Assembly (NCBI GenBank): GCA_965153285.1
Contig: OZ229113.1
Direction: 5' to 3' (one strand)
Length of the DNA: 64,000 nt
Source of the DNA: Podarcis tiliguerta
Taxonomy: Eukaryota
In this document: positions 27,301-40,572 of the stretch, piece after piece
Numbering within the stretch: position 1 is the stretch's first letter
Layout of the letters: each line of letters begins with the position of its first letter
Notes under the pieces: model-generated
What the model was told of the DNA's origin: nothing
Database searches by the model: none
The model's input: only the letters and a program-made list of their open reading frames with translations
Position numbers and translations under genes: made by a program

Positions 27301-28860
27301 TTTAGAATTCCTCAAATGCATCAAGAATAACTGGGCTGCTGTCTTGCAAGAATTGTACAGATTGCAACAAATTTAAGTATATTTAGGAATAATGATTTCT
27401 GAAAAAAACAACCTGAATAATCCCATCACTGAAAGTAGCATCTTCATTTACCTACATAACATCTTGACTTAATGTTTCTCTCAGTTGCATAGCTTAACTC
27501 TAGAACAACTTCTATAGAAGTTCTTCTTCAAATTGGTACCAAAGTTTTGCAATGGTTTTGTAGTGAAATGCCCACATCTTGCATCACCTTCACAAGTGAG
27601 TAACTGTTGACTTGCAAGTTCTGCTTCCCAGAAGGCAATCCTAGTGAGCTCTTTGGGGCATCTTCTAAGTGTGTTTTAAAGTTAATAGACACTAAAAACA
27701 GAGTATTACCAAATGTGAACTTGCCAGACAATTGTCTTGTTGTTTAGTGGTTGTGCACCAGTCTCATACATTCATTGAAAAACAAAGGTGAAGAACAGTA
27801 ACTCTAGTATGGACCCACAATGAGTAAGACGGTAACCTTATTTTGGAGGTGCTGCAAAATGTGAGGGTTTTGCTACAAAAAGGGTTGGAGTGAATCAAAC
27901 AATGTTGGGTTTCTGGGTGATACCTATGATCCCCAATTCATGTAGCAATTACTCAGTAATGCAGCGTTCGCACTGCAAAATGACTGCAAAAATTGGCACA
28001 AGATTGGAGGGAATCCCAATTTTGGGGTTCACACTTAATGAAGCTGCTATAGAGCTCAACACCTGTGAAAAGGTCACATTGTATGGCAAAGTACTCTTTA
28101 AGACCTTGGTTTAATCTCTGAAGAAGAATGGCTCCAGAGAATCGTAAAATTGGCCATCACTTCCATAGGAGCAACATTGTTTTCTGCATTTCTTTTAATT
28201 ACACCTCGAAGTGTTTGTAACAAATCCTTCAGGTGCTACAAAAAAAGGTACAAAAGTAGTTTGAACAGGTCAGACAACAGAAGGTAGGAAGCAGAATATG
28301 CATTCAGCTTGGTGTCAGATTCCTCATGAGGTGCTTTGAAGAGAGTTGTAGAAGTATTATGATTACACATAAGGAAAAATGGATCAACAAACAATTGCAA
28401 AACCTGTGTTGCAGGAGAAAAGCAACTTTGTGGATCTGTTGTAGTTTTTGCACTGGTAACAAGTACTGTACTAGAGACAGAAACATTTGTTCCTGCCCCA
28501 CACATGATGGGGGCCCCAGCTAATCATGGCAGAAAGTAGTGCCTGGTACCTCTGGACAAATGCAGCAGTGTTGGGGCAGGGGATAATATGCGTGTGGGTG
28601 TCATCTGCATTTTCTTCCACCACTTTGGTACAACTGTCCTTTGTGTCATAACTCCCATTTCCTGTTTTCAGATATTTGATTGCACCTCAGCAGAAGAGCT
28701 TTTATCACTTCTCCCCTGTGCTGTAGTGTAAAACATAACTATTCTGTTGGTGCATGTGCATCAAAGCTACTTGCTGTTTTAATAATTCACATAATTCAGT
28801 GGTTTTGTGCAAATTGTCACACAGCAGAATCATGTAGCTAATGAAATATTTCTCTTTCAG

Positions 28861-28901
28861 GTCCTAAAACAGTGTTTTTCTGGGCCCCTATTATGAAATG
28901 G
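28861..28901 (+). CDS. MPC2: MPC2 coding exon 2 (GPKTVFFWAPIMKW)
   Basis: tctctttcag| acceptor and |GTAAG donor; 41 nt; MPC signature FWAP. Confidence 0.97.
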
Positions 28902-29049
28902 GTAAGTTGAGAAGAGGTTTGTACTATTGACATTTTTTTGTTGTGACTGGCCACTGCTAGTAATTATCACTATGTTACTGCATTTCATTTGCTTCTGACC
29001 TCACTGTTTTACACTTCTCCCCCACCCAATACATGTAGCTCAAGATAAC

Positions 29050-29137
29050 ACTTCATACATCTGAAAAGAGTGCACTGTAGTCTACAAAAGCCTATGTCAT
29101 AATAAATTGGTTAGTATTTAAGGTGCCTCAAGACTCC
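29050..29137. mobile_element. Penelope-like short fragment; similar pieces at about 60745 and 62640-62690
   Basis: catctgaa...ctgtagtctacaaaagcctatg..ataataaattggttagtatttaaggtgcc resembles the reptile Penelope terminal repeat (recalled). Confidence 0.5.
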
Positions 29138-30462
29138 CCACCCTCAAAAAAATGTATTCCACTCTGTTTCCTCCCTGGAGCCCTTTGTGGGAGACGGGCA
29201 GGCTATACACGAGTAAATTAAATTGTGGTGCATGTATTTTAACGGAACCTGACTAAAAATAATTATGTTGTTTGTGTATATAGACAGACAACTCTTTCTT
29301 CTTGCCTGAATTCTGCTGGTCCATGAGAAGCATTTGGATATGTTGGAAGAAAGATGTAGAAATAAGTCCCACCTTAATTGTGTTGAAATGCTATCTGACA
29401 GTTTAGCAGAAATTTCTACTAAACTAGGTACTAACACTGCATGTCTTCTCTCTGAACTATCATAGTGCTATTTTGTTGCACCTACACCTACAACCATGGC
29501 ATTGGCGACTTTATATAGTCACTAGTTGGAAGCCACTAGTATCAGTAGGACATACATTTAATATAAATACAGCAAGACTGCTTATTGGAATTGGGAAACA
29601 CAACTTTCCAGTTCTTAAATACTGCATTTGGTTTTGATGCACAAAGCCCTTAAAATACATAGGCCTTGATATTTCAAGGGCCATTTGCTTCCATGTGAAC
29701 TTTCCTGTGTAGTATGATCTTTCTTCTGCTCAGTGTCCTAACATTTTGGCATGGTGAGTGAGCATCAAGTGCAGGGTCTTTTCAGCTGTAGCACCTTTAT
29801 TCTGCAACACTCTCTCCTTATTAATTCCCAAGTATTCACTGATGCTTTAAGTGGCAAGAAATCTATATTGTCTTGTCTAGCAAGTCCCAAAGCTTTTAGA
29901 AAATATTTCCTGCCCAATATGTTAATTAACTCAAAAAACTCTTAGCTGGGTGTCAAGTTCCTCTGGGACCAGCCTTGTATAATTGCCATCTTTTACCTGT
30001 GGAGACGAATCTCTTTGCACTTTTTCAGTTAAAACAGGCCAAGCTTCTTTGCTTCATCTGTACAAGTATGGAATGTCTGGGACAATGGGCAATGCTTCTT
30101 CATCAATCAATTATAGTGTGTTTGAAGCCTAATAATACCAGATACACTCAGCAGTGGCAATCATATATTTTGACCTGTGTAGCACAGGAAAAAGGCAAAA
30201 CCCTTATCCCTGAAGTAGCACATTGGAGGCTTTCTGAAAGCAGCAAGAACTCTTGCTCTTTCAGTTGCAGTAGTACAAGCCACTATTTGTACCTCACCTA
30301 CTTAATCCACTCAACGGGATTAAGAATCACAAGATTCAGCTGGCTGTCCAAACCAGCTAAAATTTATTATTTGTCTCCACCAACTTTTCCTCCCATGTAA
30401 CATGTCCCCTAAACATGGGAGTTACTCTAGCTCTTAAATTGTGAAGTGCATGAACTATAGTA

Positions 30463-31205
30463 ATGGTTGTTGTTGGAATCCGTCTGTCTCAAGAGACACT
30501 GGAGTGCGCCTCCGGGGCTGAAGTCAAACCGCTGTGTTAGCAGCACCCAGCTGACCTCCCTAGAGCATAAGCCTGGGCAGTGTGTATGGGGGTCCTGGGC
30601 TGCCCAGACAACAAGACCTCCCTCTTGGCCTTGCTGATGTGGTCCAAAGGAAAGCAGAGCAATATGTCTGGCACCAGCTTGGCTGCAGGAATTGCCGGAA
30701 GGCGGTATACAAGATGCCATCCAACCGTCTTAGGGACACCACTCTGAATTTGTGTAGGGTTTACTGCTTAACCTTTTCTTCTCGCAAAGATACCCCACAA
30801 AGCAGCAGAGGTATAGGATCTGAGTTTTCCTTCTCCTAGATGGGCTGCCTTCCCAGACTGACAAGTCCCATCTGCCCTCTCACTTCCTGCTCCAGTACAT
30901 GCAAAATCTACCTTCTTGACCATTGGACCCACTATTGGTCTCATTCGCTCAATCTACCAGAGCCTGGCTTTGCATGCAGGGGAAGTTCCTAGCACACTGA
31001 GGGTTTGAGACTCATTGGTTACCTTCACCTGGTTTAGCCAGCCATTTGAAGCCATTCCTAGGGTGTGGCTACTGTTGCATGCTGATAGCTTCTAGGAGCC
31101 ACAAGTGAGAGTCGAGTGCAGGGTGGGGACCAAAGATGAACAAACTACCCCAGAATGAGCACAATGTCTTCCTCACCAGAGGTGCTACTGCTCCCCAACA
31201 CCCCT
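30463..31205. mobile_element. RTE-clade-derived interspersed repeat in the MPC2 intron after coding exon 2
   Basis: Begins with GTTGTTGTTG; contains TTTCCTTCTCCTAGATGGGCTGCCTTCCCAG, a motif I recall from RTE 5' UTR-derived repeats; GC content above the flanks. Confidence 0.55.
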
Positions 31206-31288
31206 TAACTCCCATTGACTAGGTTCTGATTAATGAAGACACACTGCTATAATACTGCACTAAAGCTGGCTGCTACTTCCTTTTATAG

Positions 31289-31373
31289 GGCTTGGTATGT
31301 GCTGGAATGGCTGATATGACCAGACCAGCAGATAAACTCAGCACATCACAATCTGCTGTGCTAACAGCCACAG
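31289..31373 (+). CDS. MPC2: MPC2 coding exon 3 (GLVCAGMADMTRPADKLSTSQSAVLTAT-G)
   Basis: tttatag| acceptor and |GTATG donor; 85 nt. Confidence 0.97.
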
Positions 31374-31731
31374 GTATGTTTATTCTCACTTTGCTGTTAA
31401 ATAATTTTTAATTAAATGTTAAAAAAATCATCAGCTGATAATAGAAGTTGTGGAGGAAAGAACCAGTTATTGCTTCCATGTAAGACATTATGGATTGTGA
31501 TGCCAGTTCCTAGTGCTGCCATCTTCCATTCTGTAAGTATGGGGGGGGGGGATAATTCGCTCATAAATAACTGAGAACACCCAACTTGAATGGCATAAGC
31601 ATGAAGCTTTCTATCATGTTTAGATGCAACTTTTCTCCGAATCTGAACATCTGATACTACAATCATTATTGATCTTTGGTACTAATAAATCTACTTGGTA
31701 TTAAACCTTTGCTTTCTTTATGATCCAACAG

Positions 31732-31843
31732 GTCTTATCTGGTCAAGATATTCTCTAGTTATTATTCCTAAAAACTGGGGTCTCTTTACAGTTAACTTCT
31801 TTGTTGGCTGTGCTGGAGGCTCTCAGCTATACCGTATATGGAG
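31732..31843 (+). CDS. MPC2: MPC2 coding exon 4 (LIWSRYSLVIIPKNWGLFTVNFFVGCAGGSQLYRIW-R)
   Basis: aacag| acceptor and |GTACG donor; 112 nt; WSRYS...PKNW MPC motif; track ORF 31695..31880. Confidence 0.97.
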
Positions 31844-33670
31844 GTACGTATGGCAAGTAGGTCAGAAGACTAAGTTGTAGCCTATTCTAGGATCTGTTCT
31901 TCAGACTAGCTGAGCTGCTTTCTTCACTTTAGGGCTTCTCAACCTTTTTCCTGGCATGACTCATTTGCTTTAACAGTACATGAAACATCCAATGTTCTGT
32001 CATGGGGAGTGATGACAGAGAAACTTCATTTGCTGCCATGCTACTCAAGGCATGGCAACCAAGAGGGTTGTTCCCACACCTTTCCCTGTGAGACTTCTCA
32101 GTCCCCAATCTAAACCATTGTATTTATCAATATTCAAGCTTTATTTGGCTTGTGCAATGGAAATCCCCCCGCCTATCCCTGCCAGGCTCTTAAATCCTTC
32201 TGCACTATTCTTCTTCTTCCACCTGCTTCCTGCTCCATTTCAGCATCTGCAGTAACTATCCTATATGAATTTGGGAGCTGGCAACCATCTCCTCCCTTTA
32301 GGAATTGTGGCATATCCCACACCGTCAGATCCTTAGCCTTGACTGCCTCGGTAAGATATAACATGATAGCCCTCTGACTCCCCTCCCAAGGCTCTACAGT
32401 TTGAGAAACTGTTTTGAAGCCATACAAATGTGGCCCTGGCCCTCCTGCCAAAACATAGTTGTAGAGTGGATGTAGAAGCTTCTTAAGCATTATCCCTCAC
32501 TGATCCAAACCACCAGTGGTTATACTTAATATCCTGGCAAAATAGATCAAAATTGGGTATAGCAGTCCATTTGCATCAGGTGTTGTGCTAGTCTATATTC
32601 TGTCTTGAGTATTGGAACTGCAACAGTTGTAAAGGCAGAAGCCATCCTATAGCAAAATGTTAGGTATAAAGAATAAGCATCAGTTGTAGCTAGTTTAAAT
32701 ATGGCCTAATCTAAAGCTTCCTAGTAGCATTTTAGAATAAACCCACCTAAGTTTATTTTCCATTCTTAAAGGTTCAGCATTCTAGAAAGGCTAGTTTGTG
32801 TACACAGCAAAAATGCTTGGCGAGGATGGGCAGCAATGCTTACTTGGCCTCCTGGCACCAGCATCACTGAAGATTACTGGGAGGGGAAGAGGAAGGGTGT
32901 AGCGGTGGGGAGGTTGGAACGGTGTGAATGCCAAATGCCTTCCTTATCCTCTCTCCCTTTCCCACAAACCACAGTGTTGCCAGTGCAGGGTGGCCAGGTA
33001 AGTGCCCCTGACTGCTCCTGACACACAGTGATTGTTCCTCTAGCTTTTAGGTGACACCAAGACAGTTAAGCAGGAGCATTTTTTGCATCTTTACTTGATT
33101 GAGTGGAGTCCTTGGGTAGAGGAGACTCAGTCCATGCCAAATGAACAAACACCTTGAGTTGCACTGCAGGCACTTTTAAAAACCAGTGCAGATCAGCTGT
33201 AATATTTCCAAAGATTACCTATATGCCTTCTTCCAACTTTTAACACGGAATAATTAAGCTACTTTTCAAATAGTGCTTAAAGGGGATTTACATCTTAAAA
33301 GGTGGCTTACAAATATTTGTGAAGTTGTAAAAGAGGCAGGGTTTCAAAAGCAGATATCCTACCTTGCAACAGTAAGTGCTCCCTCACTTTGTGTCTGGTT
33401 GTAAACAGAGCAAATGCTTTCTTGAAATATACCCCCCCCCCCCCAAAAAAAGTCAACAATGATCAGAAAACATGTAAGGGGAGGAGGGAAAAGCTGCTTC
33501 TGTCACTGCCCCCTCCTCTGCCACAGTCAATAGTAGTACATGATATCCTAACCTTGGCAAAGAGCAACCCCTCCTTGGAAGCACATGCACCCAGATCGTG
33601 TCTGGGAAAGCTAAAATATGTAACCTAAACCTTGAATTGTAACCATAATTGGCTATTCTTTTTCTGACAG

Positions 33671-33710
33671 GTATAACCAAGACCTAAAAGCCAAAGAACT
33701 GGAAAAGTAG
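33671..33710 (+). CDS. MPC2: MPC2 last coding exon (YNQDLKAKELEK*)
   Basis: tgacag| acceptor; phase 2 completes the Arg codon; TAG at 33708-33710; total CDS 384 nt = 127 aa. Confidence 0.93.
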
Positions 33711-33863
33711 AAATTCAAGCTCAGCTCCTCAGATCTCATCTGCAAAGCAACTTCCCAAGGGACCTAGATTTAATCTTGTTCATTTTGCCCTGTGTGAATT
33801 TTTACTAAAGTTGGTAGAGCATGTTTTTTTCTATAAGTTTAGAAAGCAGTCTCTTTACATGGA

Positions 33864-33889
33864 AATAAAACCTTCTACTAAACAATAAA
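33864..33889 (+). terminator. Tandem AATAAA polyadenylation signals of MPC2
   Basis: AATAAA at 33864-33869 and 33884-33889, about 155-180 nt after the MPC2 stop. Confidence 0.7.
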
Positions 33890-36800
33890 ACCTTAAGCTA
33901 CGTAACGTTAGTAGGTTTTTCCTGATCTTAAGGGCTGTGAGCAGTGGTTGTGGTTGCAGAATACCCCTTCCTCCAAAACTGCTCTTGAGGATAAGGGAAC
34001 CAGCCCTTTCGGTAGTATTTGATGCAGTGTATGGAGTTGCAACTGTTGGGGGTAGGTTTGGTGATACTTGGGCACACACATCTTTTTGGCAAGAGGAACT
34101 ACCCTGTGCATGAAGGTGCTACTGGACCAACTTGATTTACATTTTTCATGCCACAGTTAAGTCATGACTAAGATGTTGAAGATGGAAAAATACTTAAATT
34201 CATAATATGCTTTGTGTGATCCCTCCGCCTGAAATACAGAAGGTAAACATTTTAGATTAAAATCAGTATCTTCAGATGGCAGAACGGTTGGAGCAGTGGC
34301 CAGTTTTCTGAAGTATAATCAGTGCTGAGCTATACTAAGTTCTGTACTTCTGGGGGGGGGGGGGGACCTAACCATTATTAAATGCCCACTGCTGGGTCAC
34401 AGTAATCTAAGGTATGTCACAGCAGCACCACACCTACCTAAGTGTAGGATAAAAAGTTGTGAATCCCAAAGCAGTTTGGCCTCATTGTGGGTTGCAGTCC
34501 AAAAAAGGTTGAAGACAACTTGTACTCTAGCCTTTCAAAAGCTGAAAGGTATTGATAACTGACCAGACCTGGCAGTGGGCGCCAGATGTTGGGTCCCAGT
34601 TGCCATCAGCCCCAGCCAACATAGTCAAGGATAAGAGTTGCAGTCCAGCAACATCTTTCTCAACCTTTGAGTCCAACTCCATCCCAGACTAGCAGGACCA
34701 GCGGTCAGGGATTATGAGAGTTGTGGGATCCATGGTTGAGAGAAGCTGATTTGTAAAGACTTCCTCAAATGTAAAAGCTTTTCTGTGAGACTAGGAAGTG
34801 TGGCCCCTACCACATGCTTTAATATATGGGTCTGAAAAGCATCCTGGAAATGGTGGTACATGACTATGTGAATTTGGATGGGGTCAGTTTGCCCATGACT
34901 AGCAATGGCTAGGTTAACGGAAGAGCATGAGAGTAGTCGGGGGCTACTCCTGAAGCATATTCTCCTATTCTGAGCACTATGCACAGTGCTAAATTGAGCA
35001 CTTGCAGTCAAAGCTGAATCTTGGCTTTGTAGCAGAAGTATGTGAAAGGCAAAGGCAATTCAATATCTCATGCTTGACAAATTATGAAACACACAACAGA
35101 CCACTAATGGAAAAAGTGTATTAAAATATTCACAAGAGTACAATAGAAAACATGTAAATATCCAATGTGATGTGTGTCCAACTTAGAAGCAAGTCAAAAC
35201 AAGTATGTTACCACTAGTTCCTGCTTTAACTTTACAGAGAGCTTGTAGAACAATCCCTTGCCCAAAATTATACACCTATTTTATAGGTGTTTACCCCTTT
35301 TGCCCCACCCCGCCAATCTAGCAGCATCATAGTGTGGTGCCCTCTTAGTGGTGCTTTCCAGAAGGTAGCCAACTGCCTGTGCAGCAGCTGCATTTGAGAA
35401 CATAGGGAAGGAAGGAAAGGAGACTGTACAACAACTGAATACAAAATGCAATTCCAGTTTTTTAAAAGTGCAGAAACAAGGTAGAAAAGGGCTCAGTAGC
35501 TGCATTCTGTGGAGTTGTATAGAGCCAAAGGAGATCTTGAGAAGAAAGTCGAAGGCTTGGGGAGCTAAGTTTCACAAGTGGGAGTCCTTTGTTAGATCTT
35601 GATTGCCTTTCACAGAAAAGGGCATCTAAATTGAGCACCATAGGGAAATTGCCCTTTCACTGAGGCGTCTCCTAGATTTTAACTAGGAAACAGTTTTAAT
35701 AAGGGGGGGATGAAACTTCTACCCATCACACACAAATAGAAAAATGTGGTTTTAAAAGGCTTGGTCGATACAAGAATAAGGTAAAACTCTGAATGAGACT
35801 TGACAGACAGACTTCAAGGCTCATCTGTTGATGACTGAACACCTGCTCACTTCACCAGAACAACTGACTGTACACAAAAAGGAAAGCCTTTGGAGTTTTG
35901 TGAATACAGAGCAAGTTACAAGACAGATGATCACCTCAACTACTTCAAATAATTAAGACAAAACTTTTTATAGTTTCCCTATTCACACTGAAATGTTGAT
36001 ACTGCAGACCCACAAAGCACTCTAGCAAGAGACAAAGCTTCATGAACAAATAAGATAGAACTCCTACAGTCTGAATGATCTTCCCCAAACCCTACTGGGA
36101 TAAAAGCACCCTACCTATTCAAACATGGTTATCTGCCATGAAGAACTTCTATTGAACAATATTCTACTGAGATGAAACATGAGGGGTACAGTTGTTAAGG
36201 AGTCAAAATGTAGTAGCAACACTAGCCTCTACTTGCCTTGTCTCTCTAAAAAAGGGCACTGCACCTCCACTAAAATTGATGGCAAACTGGTTTTTAACAG
36301 GGTTAGACCACACTTTTAAGTTAGAAAATACACTATTTACAAATAAGATTATAACATGGATCATACTTCAGGCATGTTAAAGGATGTAAATCCTCAAGAT
36401 GCCACAATTTCTCATGAATAGAGGTTTTCAGCTTGAACAGCTACTAGGAAAAGTCACACTTGTTCCAATTTTACTGTTCAAGCCACATAACTTCTGTCGG
36501 AGGAAATGTAGCCCCTTTAGGGTTCTTGTGCTTGCCATGTTGTCTGCCACTAAACTCAGAAGAGGAGCAACAAATGAGAGGACAACAAACCCAAATTCTC
36601 TCCTGCACTATAAACCATATTCAGACTCCTTTCAAAATGCTGAAAAACAGGTTCATGTCACACAAAAAAAGGTCAGCTCCAGCTCAAATTGCTGATGAAG
36701 CAAAGTGTCAAGAGTATCAGGCAAAGATGAAAGAATAAAGAAAAAATAGTGACTTGCTTTTCTAGTAATAAGGTGCTAGAATTAAAAGATTACGTTAAGT

Positions 36801-36974
36801 TCTATAATATTCTGAAAACACTGAATAATAAATTGTTTTCTCCTACACAGCTCATTTGGCTGCAAGCATTCACAAGTCACTGGAGTTTGCATCAGATCAA
36901 AGTATGCAGAGTAGTGATTAGTTGATCGTTATAATTGAAGCAGGTCTTTCCATTAAGTTATTTTTTCTGGCATT

Positions 36975-39030
36975 CCTCATTTATTACTTATACCCTACCC
37001 ATCTGGCCGGGCCTCCCCAGCCACTCTAGGCGTCTTCCAACAGAATATTAAAAACACGATAAAACATCATACATTAACAACTTCCTTAAACAGGGCTGCC
37101 TTCAGATGTTTTCTAAAAGTCAGGTAGTTGTTTATTTCTTTGACATCTGATGGAAGGGTGTTCCACAGGGCGGGTGCTACTGCTGAGAAGGCCCTCTGCA
37201 GAGTTCCCTGTAACCTCACTTCTCTCAGTGAGGGAACTGCCAGAAGGCCCTCAGCGCTGGACCTGGATGGGGGTGGAGATGCTCCTTCAAAAATACTGGG
37301 CCGAGGCCGTTTAGGGCTTTGAATTGTGCTCGGAAACATACTGGGAGTCACTGAAGGTCTTTCAGGACTGGTGTTATATGCTCTTGGCAACCACTCCCAG
37401 TCACCAGTCTAGCTGCCGCATTCTGGATTAGCTGTAGTTTCCGAGTCACCTTCAGGATTCAACCTCAATCTGTTAGCTGCCATCCATCCTCTAACCACCT
37501 CCAGACACTCACACAGGACCTTCACCGCCTTCACTGGTTCTGATTTAAAAGAGAGGTAGAGCTGGGTATCATCCGCATACTGATCAACTTTTAGCCCAAA
37601 CCCCCTGATGATTTCTCCCAGCCCTTCATATAGATGTTAAAAAGCATAGGGGAGAGGACGGAACCCTGAGGCACCCTACAAGTGAGAGCCCAGGGGTCTG
37701 AACACTCATCCCTCAACATCACTTTCTGGACATGGTCCAGAAGGAAGGAGCAGAACCACTGTATAACAGTGCCCCCAGCTCCTCTAGACGGTCCAGAAGC
37801 ATGTTATGGTTGATGGTATCAAAGGCCGCTGAGAGATCCAGCAGAACTAGGAAACAGCTTTTACCCTTGTCCCTAGCACACCGGACATCATCAACCAGCG
37901 TGACCAAGGCAGTTTCAGTCCCATGATGAGGCCTGAATCCCAACTTGAAGAGATCCAAATGGCCCGCATCCTTCCAGGCATGCCTGGAGTTGTTCAGCAG
38001 CCACCCACTCAGTCACCTTGCCAGAGAATGGAAGATTTGAAGCTGGGCGATAGTTGGCCATATTGGCTGGGTCTAAAGAGCTTTTTTTAAAGAAGCAGTT
38101 TCATGACTACCTCTTTCAGCTGGTCTGGGAAGCCTCCCTCACAGAGAGAAGCATTCACGATCCCACCGAGTCCATCGTCCAGCCCTTCCTAGCTCGCTTT
38201 TATGAGCCAGGATGGGCAAGGATCAAGGAGACAATTGGTTGGTTTCACTCATCTAAGCAGCCTGTCCACATCCTCGGAGGTAACAGATTGGAATTGATCC
38301 CATGAAACTTGACTAGACAGGACTCTAGCTCTCTCCCGCCCTGGCCCTGCTCCCACGGTGGTCTACCTCTTTCCGAATGTGAGCGACTTTATCTGCAAAA
38401 AACTTTGCAAAATCATTGCAGGAGATCTTGGGGTCCTTAACTGGGCCCCAATGGCGAAGGTCGTTCCGTTAAATTGTGAACCACCTAAGAGAGTCTCCTG
38501 CTGTTTTCTGCAGATGCAATAGAGGCGGTGAAGAAGGTCCTCTTCGCCGTCACTACTGCCACTTGATAGGCTTGATGCTGAGCTCTAACATGTATCCGAT
38601 CTGATTCAGAATGAGTTTTTTGCCACCGGCACTCCAGCCATCTCAGCGATTGTTTCATCGCCCTCAGCCCTGGAGAAAACCACGGGGATGTCCAGGTTCC
38701 ATGCAATCAGAGACAGCGCTTCGGAGTCAGACAGTCAATAGCCCTGGTTAACTGCATTCCAGCAGGCCACCAGGGAATCACATGAAAGGCCATCCCCTAC
38801 CACTCTCTGGAAACCATTTGGATCCATTAAGTGGTGGGGACAGACCATCCAAATCGGTCCCACCTCCCTGCAGAAGGGAAGGGTCGCAGAGAAATCCAGT
38901 TGCACCAGGAAGTGATCCGACCACGGCACTTCTTTTGTTTCACTTTTACTTAAGTGTCAGATCACCCACATCCATAGAGGTGAACACCAGGTCTAAGGCA
39001 TGTCCACGACTATGAGTTGGGCCAAATTAT
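36975..39030 (-). mobile_element. 5'-truncated, internally deleted L2-clade LINE
   Basis: Minus-strand fragments include the endonuclease end (WSDHFLV), RT motifs (GFRPHHGTETAL...LLDLSAAFDTINH; QYADD at about 37570) and the L2 C-terminus (RAFSAVAPALWNTLP...FRKHLKAALF), with frameshifts. Confidence 0.9.
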
Positions 39031-40462
39031 ACCTTGTGTGGTCTACATTTGTTTTTAGCTGGAACCCTTATGATCCACTGATGTGTTTTACATTAATAAA
39101 GCAAGAATGCATATTCAGGGTGTCTTAACCGTTAAGGCATAGCTTATCTGTATTATGTGGTCCTCCTGTTTAACAGCGTAAGATGTTCTCCATCAGACCA
39201 TACTCCACCTAGTCCAACATTCTTTGCGCACACAAAACATCCCAGTAACCCACCAGGTGCTAGGTGGTCAACCAGGAGTTTGCAGACCACCATGGGACTG
39301 CAATCTGTCAATCTACCTTCTGCCAACCCCTGTTCTGAAGAGGGCAAGGAGACCAGTGCAGTACTGGAGAAAATTTAAAAAGCACCTGAAGTTTTTTTCA
39401 GTCCCACCCTCACTCCCCAACTGAATAAAGATTGAAAAGTCAAAAGGAATTCAACAGGCTCCTTTCAACAGTGACACTAAATGAGCATTAAAAGAGCAGC
39501 CTCAGAAAACTAATCAACCTCTAAAGTGGCACGTGGGTGTATTCAGATTAGCATTAAGTGTCACTTTTCATTAACTTTTGTCTCTCACTGTTCAAGACAA
39601 ATCTTCACAAGTTGCTCATTCATCTACACTCCTGCAACGTTTTTGTTTTGTAGGGGGCGGGGTGCAATTCTAGGATGAATATGTGCAGTTGTGCATAAGA
39701 CGATGAGCCTACTGGGTCAGGCCAGCGGCCCATCAAGCCCAACATCATGATCTCACAGTGGCCAATGAAATGCCTGCAGGAAACCTGCCAGCCCTTGCCA
39801 GCCCCAGTAAATGATGTACTGCATGCAAAAACCAGTAGGTGGAGGTGAGACTAATAATGGCATGGCCAATTTCATTTACGGTAAAAGAAAATAAGACAAG
39901 CAGTACCCAAGGCATCTATGATGAATGGGTTCATGTGTACAATGGCATAATTTCACTGTTTAGAAAGGAGGAAAAACTCCAATAAAGCTTCAGTGAACAC
40001 CAGCACTTCAGCCCTGTCCAGGTTTTCTTAGACTCAAGTGCCACCAAGTTCAAGGGAACTTACTTTCCTAGTAAGTAGATTTAGGACTACAGCCTAAGTC
40101 TACTGAGATCACAGGAGACAGCAGTAAAGATGGCCTTAGCACAGAAAAGTCGGTAATTGAAGCCTTCTAATTTTTCTATTTTGGAAAAAGAATCCATTAA
40201 GGAACAAGGGATTAATGCTCATACAGGCATACCTCATTTTAGCAGTGATCCTGCTGTGGAAATGCACTCACCACATTTGGGCAAAAGTACAATGTCCCCT
40301 CCTCTTGGCCCAAGCTTTAGGGAAAGCCTGCTTGTTTGGCTCTGCAGAGTGCTGACTGGCCACCCTTTGGGTCAATCATAAAAGTTTCATCTGCTACCAT
40401 TCACACTTTCTTATACTTTTAAGAAAACTCCACTGCACAGATAAACATGCACGGGCTTTGGG

Positions 40463-40572
40463 AAGAGGAGGAGGAGGAGGAGGAGGAAGAAGAAGAGAAC
40501 AGGACAGCCTGTCTGAAACAATGAAGAGGAGGAGGAGGAGGAAGAGAACCAGACAGCCTGTCTGAAACAATG
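40463..40572. repeat. Tandem duplication of a (GAG)n + AAGAGAAC..GACAGCCTGTCTGAAACAATG unit
   Basis: Two adjacent copies of about 50-57 bp that differ in GAG/GAA run length. Confidence 0.85.

Noticed and set aside
37067-38929. Reverse transcriptase-like ORFs as a functional retroelement or RT system
   Set aside because: Fragmented by frameshifts and deletions and 5'-truncated; an ordinary dead L2 copy.
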